Source: Candidatus Latescibacterota bacterium
Lineage (GTDB): Bacteria; Latescibacterota; UBA2968; UBA8231
Assembly: GCA_965248265.1 (NCBI GenBank)
Contig: CBDFJF010000002.1
Location: 2,190,699-2,254,698, forward strand
DNA: 64,000 bases
Reading direction: 5' to 3'
Below the pieces are notes generated by a model. That model searched no databases, was not told the DNA's origin, and worked only from the letters and a program-made list of their open reading frames with translations. A program made the translations under genes and the position numbers. Of the stretch, positions 9,463 to 18,825 are shown one piece after another. How positions within the stretch are numbered: position 1 is the first letter of the stretch; each line of letters begins with the position of its first letter.

Positions 9463-11427
9463 TTGCATTACGTGGCGAACCGTTTACCGCTACAGCAGAC
9501 CCGATTCGTACATCTTCCCCTGGGGGCTACTCGACCGGAAGGATGGCTTCGTCATCAATTGCTGATCCAGGCCGATGGGTTGAGCGGATATGTGTACAGC
9601 GCCTTCGATGCGCCTACCTGGGCTGACCGGAGCAATTACGAGGAAGGGATTGTGGCCCTGGCCTATGTTCTCAATGATCAAAGACTGGAGCAAATAGCAA
9701 AGGCCATTGTAGATCGGGTGTTGGCATCCCCCCCGCGACCACAGGGCATGAATGTCTGCTACCAGCATCGCATGCGCATGCTTATTGAGTACCACGAGGC
9801 CACTAGTGATGTCCGTGTTATTCTGTGGTTGACCTCGTACTTTGAGGAGATTGCCGACACACCACTCTCAAGGCAGGAGATGGCGTATGGCGGAGACAAG
9901 GACCGAGCCGGCGAACATTTGATTCCTGCCTACTGGCTGTACAACCGCACGGGGAACCCGAAAATACTGGAGGCCATTCGCGTTAATTTCAGATCAGAAG
10001 TAGGTCTGGATAATATCGAGAGAGCTGTGGAGAGCTTCCTGAGTCCAGGACGCCGGTCCGACTTCTGGAATAACCACAGTGTTACCCTTGCCCAGGCGAT
10101 AAAGTTTCCGGGACTTCTGTACCAACAGTTCCCGGAGACTCGCTACGAGGAAGCGGTCTTTCACGGCATTGACATACTGGACCAATATTGCGGGCAGGTC
10201 GGAGGGCGATATGCCGGCCATGAACACTTGCCGGAAAGCAATGGCCACTCTCCTGCCAACGGCACCGAGTTGTGCACTGTCGCAGAGCAGATGTACTCGA
10301 TGCAACGGCTGTTTGAGATTTATGGTGACGTCAGGCTGGCAGACCGCATCGAATACCTGATGTTCAACTCCCATCCAGGCACCTGCACGCCGGACATGTG
10401 GACGCATCAATATGATCAGCAGGCCAATCAGGTTTCGGTGAGTGTAGCCGAGCGTGTCTTTGACAACAGTGACACCGCCAATATCTATGGTTTGGTTCCC
10501 CACTATCCATGTTGTCTGTCCAACATGCACCAAAGCTGGCCGCGATTTGTCGAATACCTGTGGATGGCCACGCACGACAACGGATTGGCAACGGTCGCCT
10601 ACGCCCCCAGTCGAGTCACGGCCAAAGCAGGCACCGACGGCGACGTGGTCACAATAATCGAGGAAACGGACTACCCCTTCGGAGGAGAGATCCTCTTCAG
10701 GCTGAAGATGGTCAAGCCCGTGGTATTCCCCCTGCACCTTCGAATTCCGAGCTGGGCGCACGGAACCACCATCGTCGTCGATGAAGAGGAAGTCCATCCT
10801 AAAGCCGGCAGCATTTATGCTCTAAAACGGTCGTGGCGGAACGACGATGTTGTCAGGCTCGTCTTTCCGATGAAGGTGAGAGTTGAAGAGCGGCATAGAA
10901 GGGCCGTTTCGATCCTCCGAGGGCCCCTCTATTTCTGTCTGCGAATAGGCCAGGAGTACCGTGAGTGCGCACATCACGCCAGGTTGATCCGAGAACAGAC
11001 GGGGTTTCCAGTGTATGACTGGGAGATTCACCCGACGACGCCGTGGAACTACGGGTTGATTGTCGATTGCCGGCATCCGGAGCGTTCAATCGAAGTCGTA
11101 ACTCACGAAGTCGCTCGTGTCCCGTTTGCCCAGAGAGGGGAGCCGCTTTTTAGAAGGGAAGATCCAGATACGCTGCCGAACTCAGCGGCGTGTGTTCATA
11201 GACCGATGCCGGCCATCGCTTTCAGGAGGGTCGAATGCCAGCACAAAGAGCCGGTGATCTTGAAGGTCAAAGGTCGCCTGATTCCCAGTTGGAAAATGGC
11301 GAGCGCGAGCGCCGCTGATCCACCGGAATCTCCGGTTCAGTCTGACCAGCCGATTGAGGATCTCGAGTTGATTCCGTATGGCTGCACGCGGTTGAGGATC
11401 TCGGAGTTCCCGGTTACTGTCAACTGA
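9463..11427 (+). CDS. glycoside hydrolase family 127-like (DUF1680; beta-L-arabinofuranosidase-type Cys/Zn enzyme)
   Basis: 654 aa. It has a TELC (Glu-x-Cys) motif and, ~80 residues downstream, a PHYPCC Cys-Cys pair, matching the Zn-ligand/nucleophile spacing of the GH127 HypBA1 enzyme (Glu338/Cys340 ... Cys417/Cys418), as recalled from memory. The C-terminal ...LIPYGCTRLRISEFPV tail is GH127-like. Confidence 0.65.
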   Translation: MHYVANRLPLQQTRFVHLPLGATRPEGWLRHQLLIQADGLSGYVYSAFDAPTWADRSNYEEGIVALAYVLNDQRLEQIAKAIVDRVLASPPRPQGMNVCYQHRMRMLIEYHEATSDVRVILWLTSYFEEIADTPLSRQEMAYGGDKDRAGEHLIPAYWLYNRTGNPKILEAIRVNFRSEVGLDNIERAVESFLSPGRRSDFWNNHSVTLAQAIKFPGLLYQQFPETRYEEAVFHGIDILDQYCGQVGGRYAGHEHLPESNGHSPANGTELCTVAEQMYSMQRLFEIYGDVRLADRIEYLMFNSHPGTCTPDMWTHQYDQQANQVSVSVAERVFDNSDTANIYGLVPHYPCCLSNMHQSWPRFVEYLWMATHDNGLATVAYAPSRVTAKAGTDGDVVTIIEETDYPFGGEILFRLKMVKPVVFPLHLRIPSWAHGTTIVVDEEEVHPKAGSIYALKRSWRNDDVVRLVFPMKVRVEERHRRAVSILRGPLYFCLRIGQEYRECAHHARLIREQTGFPVYDWEIHPTTPWNYGLIVDCRHPERSIEVVTHEVARVPFAQRGEPLFRREDPDTLPNSAACVHRPMPAIAFRRVECQHKEPVILKVKGRLIPSWKMASASAADPPESPVQSDQPIEDLELIPYGCTRLRISEFPVTVN

Positions 11428-11553
11428 AACGTGGTCGACTTCCGCCACGCTGTAACACCTTGAGGATCTGAGTCACCTGCACGAGCTCCTCAACAAGAAT
11501 CCGGTTCTGATGATAAACGGCATTGGGGACATCCATTTAACTCACCATAGCCA

Positions 11554-13713
11554 TCAGTCACCCAGCTCGAGCTGCACGTGCTGGATGTGGTCGTAACCCG
11601 GAGGCGCGCGAACCGGCTGGCGCTGACCCACCACCTCAACCCGCCCTCCCTCAGAGCTGAACCCGTATTCCCCGGCCTCCGGTAACACGAACCAGCTCGC
11701 CCCAGTCCGGTCTGCCTGCACCCCGAAGGGAGTGATCCCCTGCCCCTCGCGCGGCTCGACGAAAACCTGGGCACCCGCCACCGGCTCACCTCCCCGTGTC
11801 ACGTGCACCATCACCTCTGGCACCCGCGTCTCAGCCAGCGGACCCACATCTCTGCCCGCAATCCGTCGATACAGCTCGCGCGACCACTCCCATGTCGCCG
11901 TTCGCCGCGACATCTGCTCTTCCGGATCACACCAGTTGATATACAACACCGCCTTCCCCCATGCCTCCTGCGTCCCCTCCCCAAAAGGATCGATGCGCGC
12001 ATTCAGGCCCGACTGCGATGGCCAACTGATCTTCGGATGGACCGGCGCCATGAGGTTGCCCGGGTTCGAGTCCGTGAAGCCCCGAGTATCCTGGTCGATG
12101 AAGTAGAATGTTTGCAGCCCGTGGATCTTGCGTTCCGGCATGCTCTCCAGGAAGTCCAGCCAATCCTCCCCCTCCTTCATGGGTGGCGCTTCGTCATACC
12201 CCCAGGTCTTCTGCTCGAAGATGCCCGCCTCGCCCACGCGGATCGGCTTGACTGGCATCTCCGGATTCGAGCGGATAAAGTCAATCGTCTCCTCGATGTG
12301 CTCCCTGTCGCTGAACAGCCGGTAGCTGTCGATGAGCTCAACCAGCTCAGGTGAGGCACTCGTGTGATCGTAGGTAACCTCCCTGATGCGGGTCGAATCC
12401 AGCCCCTTCGCCCGCCGCAGCAGCGGCACGGCGAATCTCGGTTCCCGCGAATCGGTCACGTCCCAGAACAGGATGCTCGGATGGTTGCGATCTCGCCTGA
12501 TCCAGGTCTCGCAGATTGCCAGGTCGTTCTCGAGCACGATCTCGAGATCCTCCCCCTCCAGCTCCTCGTCCACCATGCCAGTGGCGACACAGAAGTTCGA
12601 CGACACCACGAACACACCCAGCTCGTCCGCTACCTCGTAGAGCACCGGCGGCGGGTCGTGGCGATGGTTTTCGACGATGCTGACATTGCCGTCGGCCAGG
12701 TCCACGAGTTTGCGCATCAACCACTGCCGCTCGTGCACGTAGGGCAGAGAGTGATCACCCCACGGCAAAAGCGGCTGCCCGTTGAGCAGCAGCTCCTCCC
12801 CCTCCGTCCACACCTCCCTGAAACCAAAGCGCTCGACGCGCGTGTGTGCCAGTACAGAATCACCCTCATTCCGCAGCGCCCCCTGCAGGAAATACAATAC
12901 GGGGTCCCCGTACGGGGGGCGCCCCCAGAGCACGGGATCCGCCCACGGCACGGAGACCCGCACCACCTGTTCCGATCCCGGTTCGAGCCTGAGTTCCTGG
13001 GAGGGCAGCTCGAGCTCGACCCCTCCTTCCCGGGTCACCACCAGGTCCAACACCGCCGAGGTTGTCGCCGGTGTCTCATTGCGCACCGTTGCTTCGACTG
13101 TCAGTGCTTTTTCCCGCACCGATGTCACCACGTAGAGATCCTCGATGCGCAGCCGCTTCTCCAGTAGCAGCCACACATCCCCCTCGATCCCGATGGTGCT
13201 CGAACCCATCTTCCACGTGTACGTATCGAGACCCGTCGCGACCAGTTCGCTGACCTCGTCAAGCTCGGGATGGACATAAGAGCCCGCGGAGTTGTGCGTG
13301 TAAATCAGCAGCTCGTATTCGCCACCCGCCTCCACCACCCCACGTAGTTGTACCTGCCACGGCGTCCGCATGCCGTGATGCTCACCGACGATGCGGTCGT
13401 CCAGGTACACCCGGCCGTAATGTCTCACTCGCGTCAGGTCGAGCAGCGGATCACTGCCGCGAAGATCCCAGTGTTCGGGCACCTGCAGGATTGTCCGGTA
13501 CCAGCCCGATGCCGGCGCCTCGGGTTCGAATTCTCTGGATCGGTGCGGCACCCGCACCCGCTGCCAATCATGGTCACGGGCCGGTGGCGACCCATCGGGC
13601 CCCTCCGTGAACTGCCACTCGCCGTTGAGCAGCAGACGGCTGCTTCCTGCGGGGTGCTCCAGTGACAATCGTGCCAAAGCCTCGCTCCTTTTCATCGCGT
13701 CGGTTGGACTCAA
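11554..13713 (-). CDS. glycoside hydrolase family 2 protein
   Basis: 719 aa. N-terminal sugar-binding domain (LLLNGEWQF, WYRTILQVPEHW, RVYLDDRIVGEHHG). TIM-barrel motif NHPSILFWDVTDS (compare NHPSIIMWSLGNE). Confidence 0.75.
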   Translation of the reverse strand: MSPTDAMKRSEALARLSLEHPAGSSRLLLNGEWQFTEGPDGSPPARDHDWQRVRVPHRSREFEPEAPASGWYRTILQVPEHWDLRGSDPLLDLTRVRHYGRVYLDDRIVGEHHGMRTPWQVQLRGVVEAGGEYELLIYTHNSAGSYVHPELDEVSELVATGLDTYTWKMGSSTIGIEGDVWLLLEKRLRIEDLYVVTSVREKALTVEATVRNETPATTSAVLDLVVTREGGVELELPSQELRLEPGSEQVVRVSVPWADPVLWGRPPYGDPVLYFLQGALRNEGDSVLAHTRVERFGFREVWTEGEELLLNGQPLLPWGDHSLPYVHERQWLMRKLVDLADGNVSIVENHRHDPPPVLYEVADELGVFVVSSNFCVATGMVDEELEGEDLEIVLENDLAICETWIRRDRNHPSILFWDVTDSREPRFAVPLLRRAKGLDSTRIREVTYDHTSASPELVELIDSYRLFSDREHIEETIDFIRSNPEMPVKPIRVGEAGIFEQKTWGYDEAPPMKEGEDWLDFLESMPERKIHGLQTFYFIDQDTRGFTDSNPGNLMAPVHPKISWPSQSGLNARIDPFGEGTQEAWGKAVLYINWCDPEEQMSRRTATWEWSRELYRRIAGRDVGPLAETRVPEVMVHVTRGGEPVAGAQVFVEPREGQGITPFGVQADRTGASWFVLPEAGEYGFSSEGGRVEVVGQRQPVRAPPGYDHIQHVQLELGD

Positions 13714-13756
13714 GATAGAATCTTAGACTGATTGATTTTGCAGGGGTGGCAGCGCA

Positions 13757-13960
13757 TCGCTGCTTTGCAGCATCAATTCTTGCGCTGTGCGGTTTGTCGG
13801 GAAGAATCCGGTAGTTCGAGCCTGCAGGTCGTGTCAGTTTCCCCGTTGCACCAACGAGACACTGTCGTGCACGAGGGCAGTACCGTACAGGAGCTCTGTA
13901 CACTGGAGCCCGCCTTCTCCATCGACAGGAGCGACGCAGGCTGTCCCCTCGAGAATAGGT
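13757..13960. repeat. Repeat family R1, copy 2 (includes a heparinase-like 3' coding remnant plus 3'-flank)
   Basis: ~80% nucleotide identity to 28365-28540 (the 3' end and downstream of the heparinase-like gene 28413..30677), and ~85% identity to 6572-6648 over the non-coding part. Confidence 0.65.
13825..13960 (-). pseudogene. C-terminal remnant (~45 codons) of a heparinase II/III-like gene
   Basis: The minus frame reads ...ILEGTACVAPVDGEGGLQCTELLYGTALVHDSVSLVQRGN*, which aligns with the C-terminus of the intact paralog at 28413..30677 (SFEGTACVVRLDREGGLHSAELVHGTALERDGVSLVQPGI*). Upstream coding sequence is replaced by the 235-bp R2 repeat at 13955. Confidence 0.6.
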
Positions 13961-14189
13961 CAAATAAGGAGTATTATCGTTAGTCTATTTCGGTGGTGTT
14001 GTGTTGTTGAGGGGTATTCGAGGTGGTCTGACGGCCGAACGAGCAGGTGTCGGTCCCGAACTGGCGGGTGTGAGGGTCGATTGGTTGAGCAGGGGCGGCC
14101 GATTGGCCGATGTCGGTAAATGCAAGGGCGGATTCGGGCGCAGGGCTTGCTCAGCGGACGCCAACGCCCGACTATCACCGCCCCTGTAT
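13955..14189 (+). repeat. Repeat family R2, copy A (235 bp)
   Basis: 234/235 identical to 20782-21016, in the same orientation. AT-richer 5' end (ATAGGTCAAATAAGGAGTATTATCG) followed by a GC-rich body containing short hairpins (e.g. CGGCC-GATT-GGCCG). No convincing ORF; track ORFs 14001..14210, 13960..14178 and 14110..14379 are repeat-encoded low-complexity reads. Confidence 0.8.
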
Positions 14190-14425
14190 CACACGGCGAA
14201 TTCGGATTGAGGTGAGGGTCGTGCCGCTGCGATCGATGGAGGGCGGGCCGGCAGCCCTACCCCTTCCAGGTAGCGCCGGATCAAGTGCGGCTCGGTCAGG
14301 GCGAGTGATTCTGCTTTCGGCTTCAAGTCGCAGAGGACATGCTGAGCGCAGGGATGTCACAAGCGCCGACTGGCCTTGAGAGGCCGTTGCGATGGCCTCT
14401 TCCCTTTCCGAAGATTCTGTCTATT

Positions 14426-15193
14426 ATGGACGACACTATGACAGAAGAAGAGAGATTCCTCTTCGACCTCGAGGGTTACCTGGTGGTGCCCGGTGTGCTC
14501 TCATCGCAGGAAGTGACACAGCTGAACGAGCTCGCCGACGAAGCCTGGCCCGGAGAGCACGACGAAACAGGTTTGCGTCGCACGTCGAACGTGTCGCAGT
14601 GGGGACCCCGCTTCCGCGACCTCATCGACCATACCAACATCGTGCCGTATCTGATCGAGCTTCTGGGTCCCAAGTTCCGCATCGATCACGACTACTGCAT
14701 GTTCATGCGCCGCGGAACCTCTCGCAGCCGCCTGCATGGAGGTCCCTCACCGCATAGCTACGAAGGCGACCACTGGTATCGCTTTCACCCCGACGGCACG
14801 ATCCGCAATGGTCTCACCGTCTTCACATACAATCTGAGCGACTGCGGTCCGGAGGATGGTGGCTTCGCCTGCGTACCAGGCAGCCACAAAACCAATCTGA
14901 GGTCGGGCATTCCGCAGGACGTGATCCGCTTCGAACGGGATGCTCACTATGTGCGGCAGCCTCCCGTCAAGGCGGGAGACGTCATCATCTTCACCGAAGC
15001 GTTGGTGCATGGCACGCTGGCCTGGGATGCCGACCACGAGCGCCGGGCTTTGCTGTACAAATACAGCCCCGGGCACTCATCCTGGAGCAGCACCTACTAC
15101 GATCCCGATGACTACCCGGGCGCCACGGAGCAGCAGATTCGCATCATGGCGGCGCCCTCAGTGGGGTCCCGGCCCGATTCAGTGCAGGTATGA
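14426..15193 (+). CDS. phytanoyl-CoA dioxygenase (PhyH) family Fe(II)/2-oxoglutarate oxygenase
   Basis: MDDTMTEEERFLFDLEGYLVVPGVLS... with jelly-roll motifs (HxD...H). Start taken at the internal ATG 14426 rather than the track start 14339. Confidence 0.75.
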   Translation: MDDTMTEEERFLFDLEGYLVVPGVLSSQEVTQLNELADEAWPGEHDETGLRRTSNVSQWGPRFRDLIDHTNIVPYLIELLGPKFRIDHDYCMFMRRGTSRSRLHGGPSPHSYEGDHWYRFHPDGTIRNGLTVFTYNLSDCGPEDGGFACVPGSHKTNLRSGIPQDVIRFERDAHYVRQPPVKAGDVIIFTEALVHGTLAWDADHERRALLYKYSPGHSSWSSTYYDPDDYPGATEQQIRIMAAPSVGSRPDSVQV

Positions 15194-15387
15194 ATGGTAA
15201 GACGAACTGTGACAGCGGCGAAATGGGACGCTGCAGTTGTGCCGTCTGTGTCATCGTACGAAAACCATCCTCCCTCGCCGAATCCTGAGATGACGGGGAT
15301 CTGCGATCCCGCGGGCGAGATTGGCTGCGAGCAGCCGTCAGCAGTGCTCGTCGCTGGCCCCACGGATTGGGGGTAGGCTGTGCGGGG

Positions 15388-16557
15388 TTACGATGGGGTC
15401 GTTGCCAGGCGGCCCAGTCTGGCGTCTTCGGCGGCCAGCCATTCGTAGTAGGGCCGCGGCAGAGGCTCAGGCAAGCCCAGACCGGCTTCCTCCCGCCACC
15501 GCAGCAATGGGTTGCGGCGATCCTCCTGTGGCAGATCCACGCGGCAGCCGTACGCCCCCGATTCGAAAATGGCCATCAGGATCTCGATCACGTGCCGGGC
15601 CTCTTTGCCGCTGCACTCGTGCTCGCGATTCTGGTCCAGGGCCTGTACGTATTCGTCGGCAAAACAGTAGTCGGCTTCATCGGCTGCGCCGTCAGGGTCG
15701 TATGTTTGCGCTGAGATCGGTTCGAGCGCCTGCCATTGACCGTCGCCTGTTGGTACGTCGTGCGGGACCGGAAGGTAATACGCGGCTCCGCTCTTCCAGA
15801 ACAACCTGCCTTCCGTGCCGTAGATCTCCAGACAGTAACCTGTGGAATCCACTTTGGGGAAACGGTGCTGTAGCAGCGTTCCGGTGACGTTCCCCTCGAA
15901 CTCCAGTGACGCAGTCGCACGCTCTCCCGCCACGTACCCCATGCCGCTGGCGGCTGGAACCACGTCGTTCGGAGTGATACGGCGTCCGTCTGTGAGCACC
16001 GTCGACGAGACGCTGCGACAATGGCCGGCGACTCCGATAATGTTGTTGAGCATGTGGGTTCCGATGTTCCTCAGTCCGTAACCGGCGTAGTACCCCTTAC
16101 CGCTACCGAGGAGATACCTGAGCTCGCCGATGCGCCCTTCATGTAGCGCTCGCTGCACGGCTCTGAAATGCCCGCCTGTCCTGCCCTGGTGATGGACGGC
16201 GATTCGCACCCCTTGCGACTGCGCCCGTGCCAGTAGCTTGTCAGATTGCTCCAGATCGACGCACATCGGCTTTTCGACGTCGATGTGCACTTTGTGTTCG
16301 AGTACGCCCATGGCCAACTCGTAGTGAAACTCGGTCCCTGTCGGGATGGCGACGATGTCCGGCTTTGTCTGCTCGATCATCTCGTGGTAGTCGTTAAACC
16401 GCGCAGGTACACCGAATTCTTCCCCCATCGCATCGAGTCGTTCCTGGACCAGATCACAAAGGCCGACCAGCTCGGTGCGGAGGTGCTGATCGTATCCTCT
16501 GGCGGCAGCTGTCCCCCGTCCTCGACAACCCAGAATAGCCACACGATACATCTTCAC
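15388..16557 (-). CDS. Gfo/Idh/MocA family oxidoreductase
   Basis: MKMYRVAILGCRGRGTAAARGY... N-terminal Rossmann fold plus C-terminal alpha/beta domain. Confidence 0.8.
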   Translation of the reverse strand: MKMYRVAILGCRGRGTAAARGYDQHLRTELVGLCDLVQERLDAMGEEFGVPARFNDYHEMIEQTKPDIVAIPTGTEFHYELAMGVLEHKVHIDVEKPMCVDLEQSDKLLARAQSQGVRIAVHHQGRTGGHFRAVQRALHEGRIGELRYLLGSGKGYYAGYGLRNIGTHMLNNIIGVAGHCRSVSSTVLTDGRRITPNDVVPAASGMGYVAGERATASLEFEGNVTGTLLQHRFPKVDSTGYCLEIYGTEGRLFWKSGAAYYLPVPHDVPTGDGQWQALEPISAQTYDPDGAADEADYCFADEYVQALDQNREHECSGKEARHVIEILMAIFESGAYGCRVDLPQEDRRNPLLRWREEAGLGLPEPLPRPYYEWLAAEDARLGRLATTPS

Positions 16558-16761
16558 TTATCAACTCCTTTGTTCGCATCAGTAGAATAGTCGTCAACGA
16601 AGAGCTCGAGTCTGGATTCGATGTTTAGTGGTTGCATTCGTCTTAGGGCTAAATGGTGGCGACAGAGGAAATCGTCGAGGAGACCGACAAGTATTACGAC
16701 TGGCGCGGGCGGGGGATCTTGTGCAAGGACGTAATCAGCCCTATTCCTGTGGAATGCTGAC

Positions 16762-17376
16762 GTGCGCCAGAACCCCATAATGGCCCTTGCTGTGGCAGCG
16801 GAGAACGTCTTGGCAGAGCAGGCCAGCCGCGAGGGTTCCCTGGACATCGACTCCCGATTGCAGCTGTTCGTCGATGACTACCTGGTAGACGAGCTGCACG
16901 GGACTCGACTCGTCCTCCACCACCCTCGTCCGGCAGGGGTGGCCCTGAGATTCGATCGGCCCTGGGAGGGTGCCTTCTGTGCCTACGTGACCGTGCTCCA
17001 CGTCGGCGACATCTACCGCATGTACTACCGGGGACAGCCCAACGCCATGCCGGACGGAAGCTTTGGCGAGGTGACCTGTTACGCCGAGAGCCGTGACGGG
17101 ATCCACTGGGAGAAGCCCGATCTGGGGCTGTTCGAGGTCGCAGGGACGCGGAAAAACAACGTCGTTCTGGGCTCCGAGTATGCGCCCGTGCCCACAACTT
17201 CATCGCGTTCGTGGACACTCGGCCCGGGATTCCTTCCTCCCAGAGATACAAGGGCCTGGGGGGCATGTTCCCCATATCCGAGGAGCAGCGCTTCAGCAAC
17301 GGCCTCCTGGGCTTCACCTCCGCGGACGGGATCCGATGGAGGAAGATCCAGCAGGCACCGAGAATAGACAAATAAG
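16762..17376 (+). pseudogene. GH43/GH130-like beta-propeller family gene, frameshifted and truncated (paralog of 34166..35572 and 46788..48272)
   Basis: Frame 1 (LQLFVDDYLVDELHGTRLV...YVTVLHVGDIYRMYYRGQ...AESRDGIHWEKPDLGLFEV...VLGSEYAP) matches the N-terminal third of the 494-aa paralogs. The family-like sequence then continues in another frame (AHNFIAFVDTRPGIPSSQRYKGLGGMFPISEEQRFSNGLLGFTSADGIRWRKIQQAPRIDK*) and stops at ~17376, far short of the ~490-aa full length. Confidence 0.55.
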
Positions 17377-17713
17377 TGGCGTTATGGTGAGTTTAGATCC
17401 GTCTGGGCCGTGGTGTCGAGCGCTTTTTGAACGGCGGAAGCCGGGTTTGAGGCCATCGACGGGCATTGAGAAGGAGAGGAATCCAGGGCTGAGCGTGTTT
17501 TTGTATCGGCCGCAGTTCTACTGCTGCGAAGACATGGACGGGGCACTCGAGCGGGCTCGCGCCGATGGCATCGAGCTCGACGAGGAGACGATCGAGCTCG
17601 CCTCGATGAAGGAAAAGGGGTAGCTGAAGGAGATCGTGAAAAAGTACACCGCGCCGATGCAGGGCCTTGGCTGAAGCCACGGACGGCTTATCTGTCGGCG
17701 CCTGAGCTCTCGC

Positions 17714-18799
17714 CTATCCGAGTCGCAGCGAGCGATCCTCCAATGGCAGATTGACCCGGACGTTTCCGCGGCGGTGGGATTCTCTCATGGCGATGGCGAT
17801 CTCCAGCGCTTCGCGGCCGAACTCGCCGGGGCAGATGCGCTCCTTCCCGGCATCGATCGAGCGGCAGACTCCTTCGATGGCGTCGACCATGGAGCTGCGC
17901 GGATGCCAGGGGTTGGGAAACTGGCGCTGCACCGACGCTCCCGTTTCAGGATCCGTCGTCCACAGCTCGAACTGCGCGTGAGCGTTGCGCGACACGATGC
18001 GGCCGACGTCGCCTATGAACTCATGCGTCCATTGGCGACCGCCGTCACTCTCGGATCGTGAGTTGAGAAAACCTCGGACGCCGTTTTCGTACACGATGTA
18101 CCCGGAGCCGCACAGATCGCTCTCGGCGACCGCCTCTGCGTCGCTGTCCATGTGGCCGAAGACCCATTGGGCCGGAGCGTCGGCGAACAGTCGCATCAGA
18201 GAGAGCATGTGGCTGCCCATGTTTGACAGACCTGAGGCGCTGTGGCAGATCATCGAGCGCAACTCGCCGATGGTGCCGTCGGCGATGGCCTGACGGGCGT
18301 TCGTATACCAGCCGTACCAGTTCAGGTGGCAGGCCATGGCGAGAATGGTGTTGTGTCGACGGCAGGCGTCGATCATGGCGTCCGCCTCGGCCAGGGTGCG
18401 ACACATCGGTTTGGTGGCGAAGATCGCTTTCACGCCTGACTCGGCCAGACCGACGACGACATCGGCCCGCTCCGCCGGCCGCGTGGTCACGGCGACGAGA
18501 TCCGGCTTCTCCTTCTCGACCATCTCGCGGTAGTCGAGGTAGAGCGCCTCGACCTTCCAGCGGCGGCGGAAGTCATCGAGCTTGGCCTGGTCGATGTCGG
18601 CCGCGGCCACGAGCTCGGCGCCGCGCGCCTCGATGATGGCCGGCGCGTGGGCCCACGGCCACGGATAGTGGGCCATGCCGATGTGCTCGTCGTCAATGGT
18701 GCTGCCCATGCGGCCGCAGCCGACGACGGCGGCGCGGTAGATTTTTGACGGCCGCGTCTCCTCGATAATGCGAAACGCTTCGCCTCGGACTCGAGCCAT
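17714..18799 (-). CDS. Gfo/Idh/MocA family oxidoreductase
   Basis: ...KIYRAAVVGCGRMGSTIDDEH... 361 aa. Confidence 0.8.
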   Translation of the reverse strand: MARVRGEAFRIIEETRPSKIYRAAVVGCGRMGSTIDDEHIGMAHYPWPWAHAPAIIEARGAELVAAADIDQAKLDDFRRRWKVEALYLDYREMVEKEKPDLVAVTTRPAERADVVVGLAESGVKAIFATKPMCRTLAEADAMIDACRRHNTILAMACHLNWYGWYTNARQAIADGTIGELRSMICHSASGLSNMGSHMLSLMRLFADAPAQWVFGHMDSDAEAVAESDLCGSGYIVYENGVRGFLNSRSESDGGRQWTHEFIGDVGRIVSRNAHAQFELWTTDPETGASVQRQFPNPWHPRSSMVDAIEGVCRSIDAGKERICPGEFGREALEIAIAMRESHRRGNVRVNLPLEDRSLRLG

Positions 18800-18825
18800 G
18801 ATTGCGGATTAGTCGAAAGACCGAC

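Noticed and set aside
13757-13960. Cobalamin-riboswitch-like impression from the repeated GGGAAGA.TCCGGT....GCC stretch in R1
   Set aside because: Translation of the minus strand shows copies 2 and 3 are the 3' coding ends of heparinase-like genes (C-terminal peptides align). The B12-box and overall riboswitch architecture cannot be found. The element is better explained as a paralogous gene-end plus 3' flank.
13960-14379. Small ORFs encoded inside R2 (14001..14210, 13960..14178 and 14110..14379, duplicated at 20787..21098, 20828..21370 and 20937..21287)
   Set aside because: They are Gly/Arg-rich and identical only because the DNA is repeated. In copy B they read through into unrelated flanking sequence. 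They have no RBS or start context beyond a chance AAGGAG.
17093-17623. 176-aa track ORF
   Set aside because: It is a composite of the wrong-frame continuation of the GH43/130-like pseudogene, intergenic sequence and a short VOC-like tail; not a gene.
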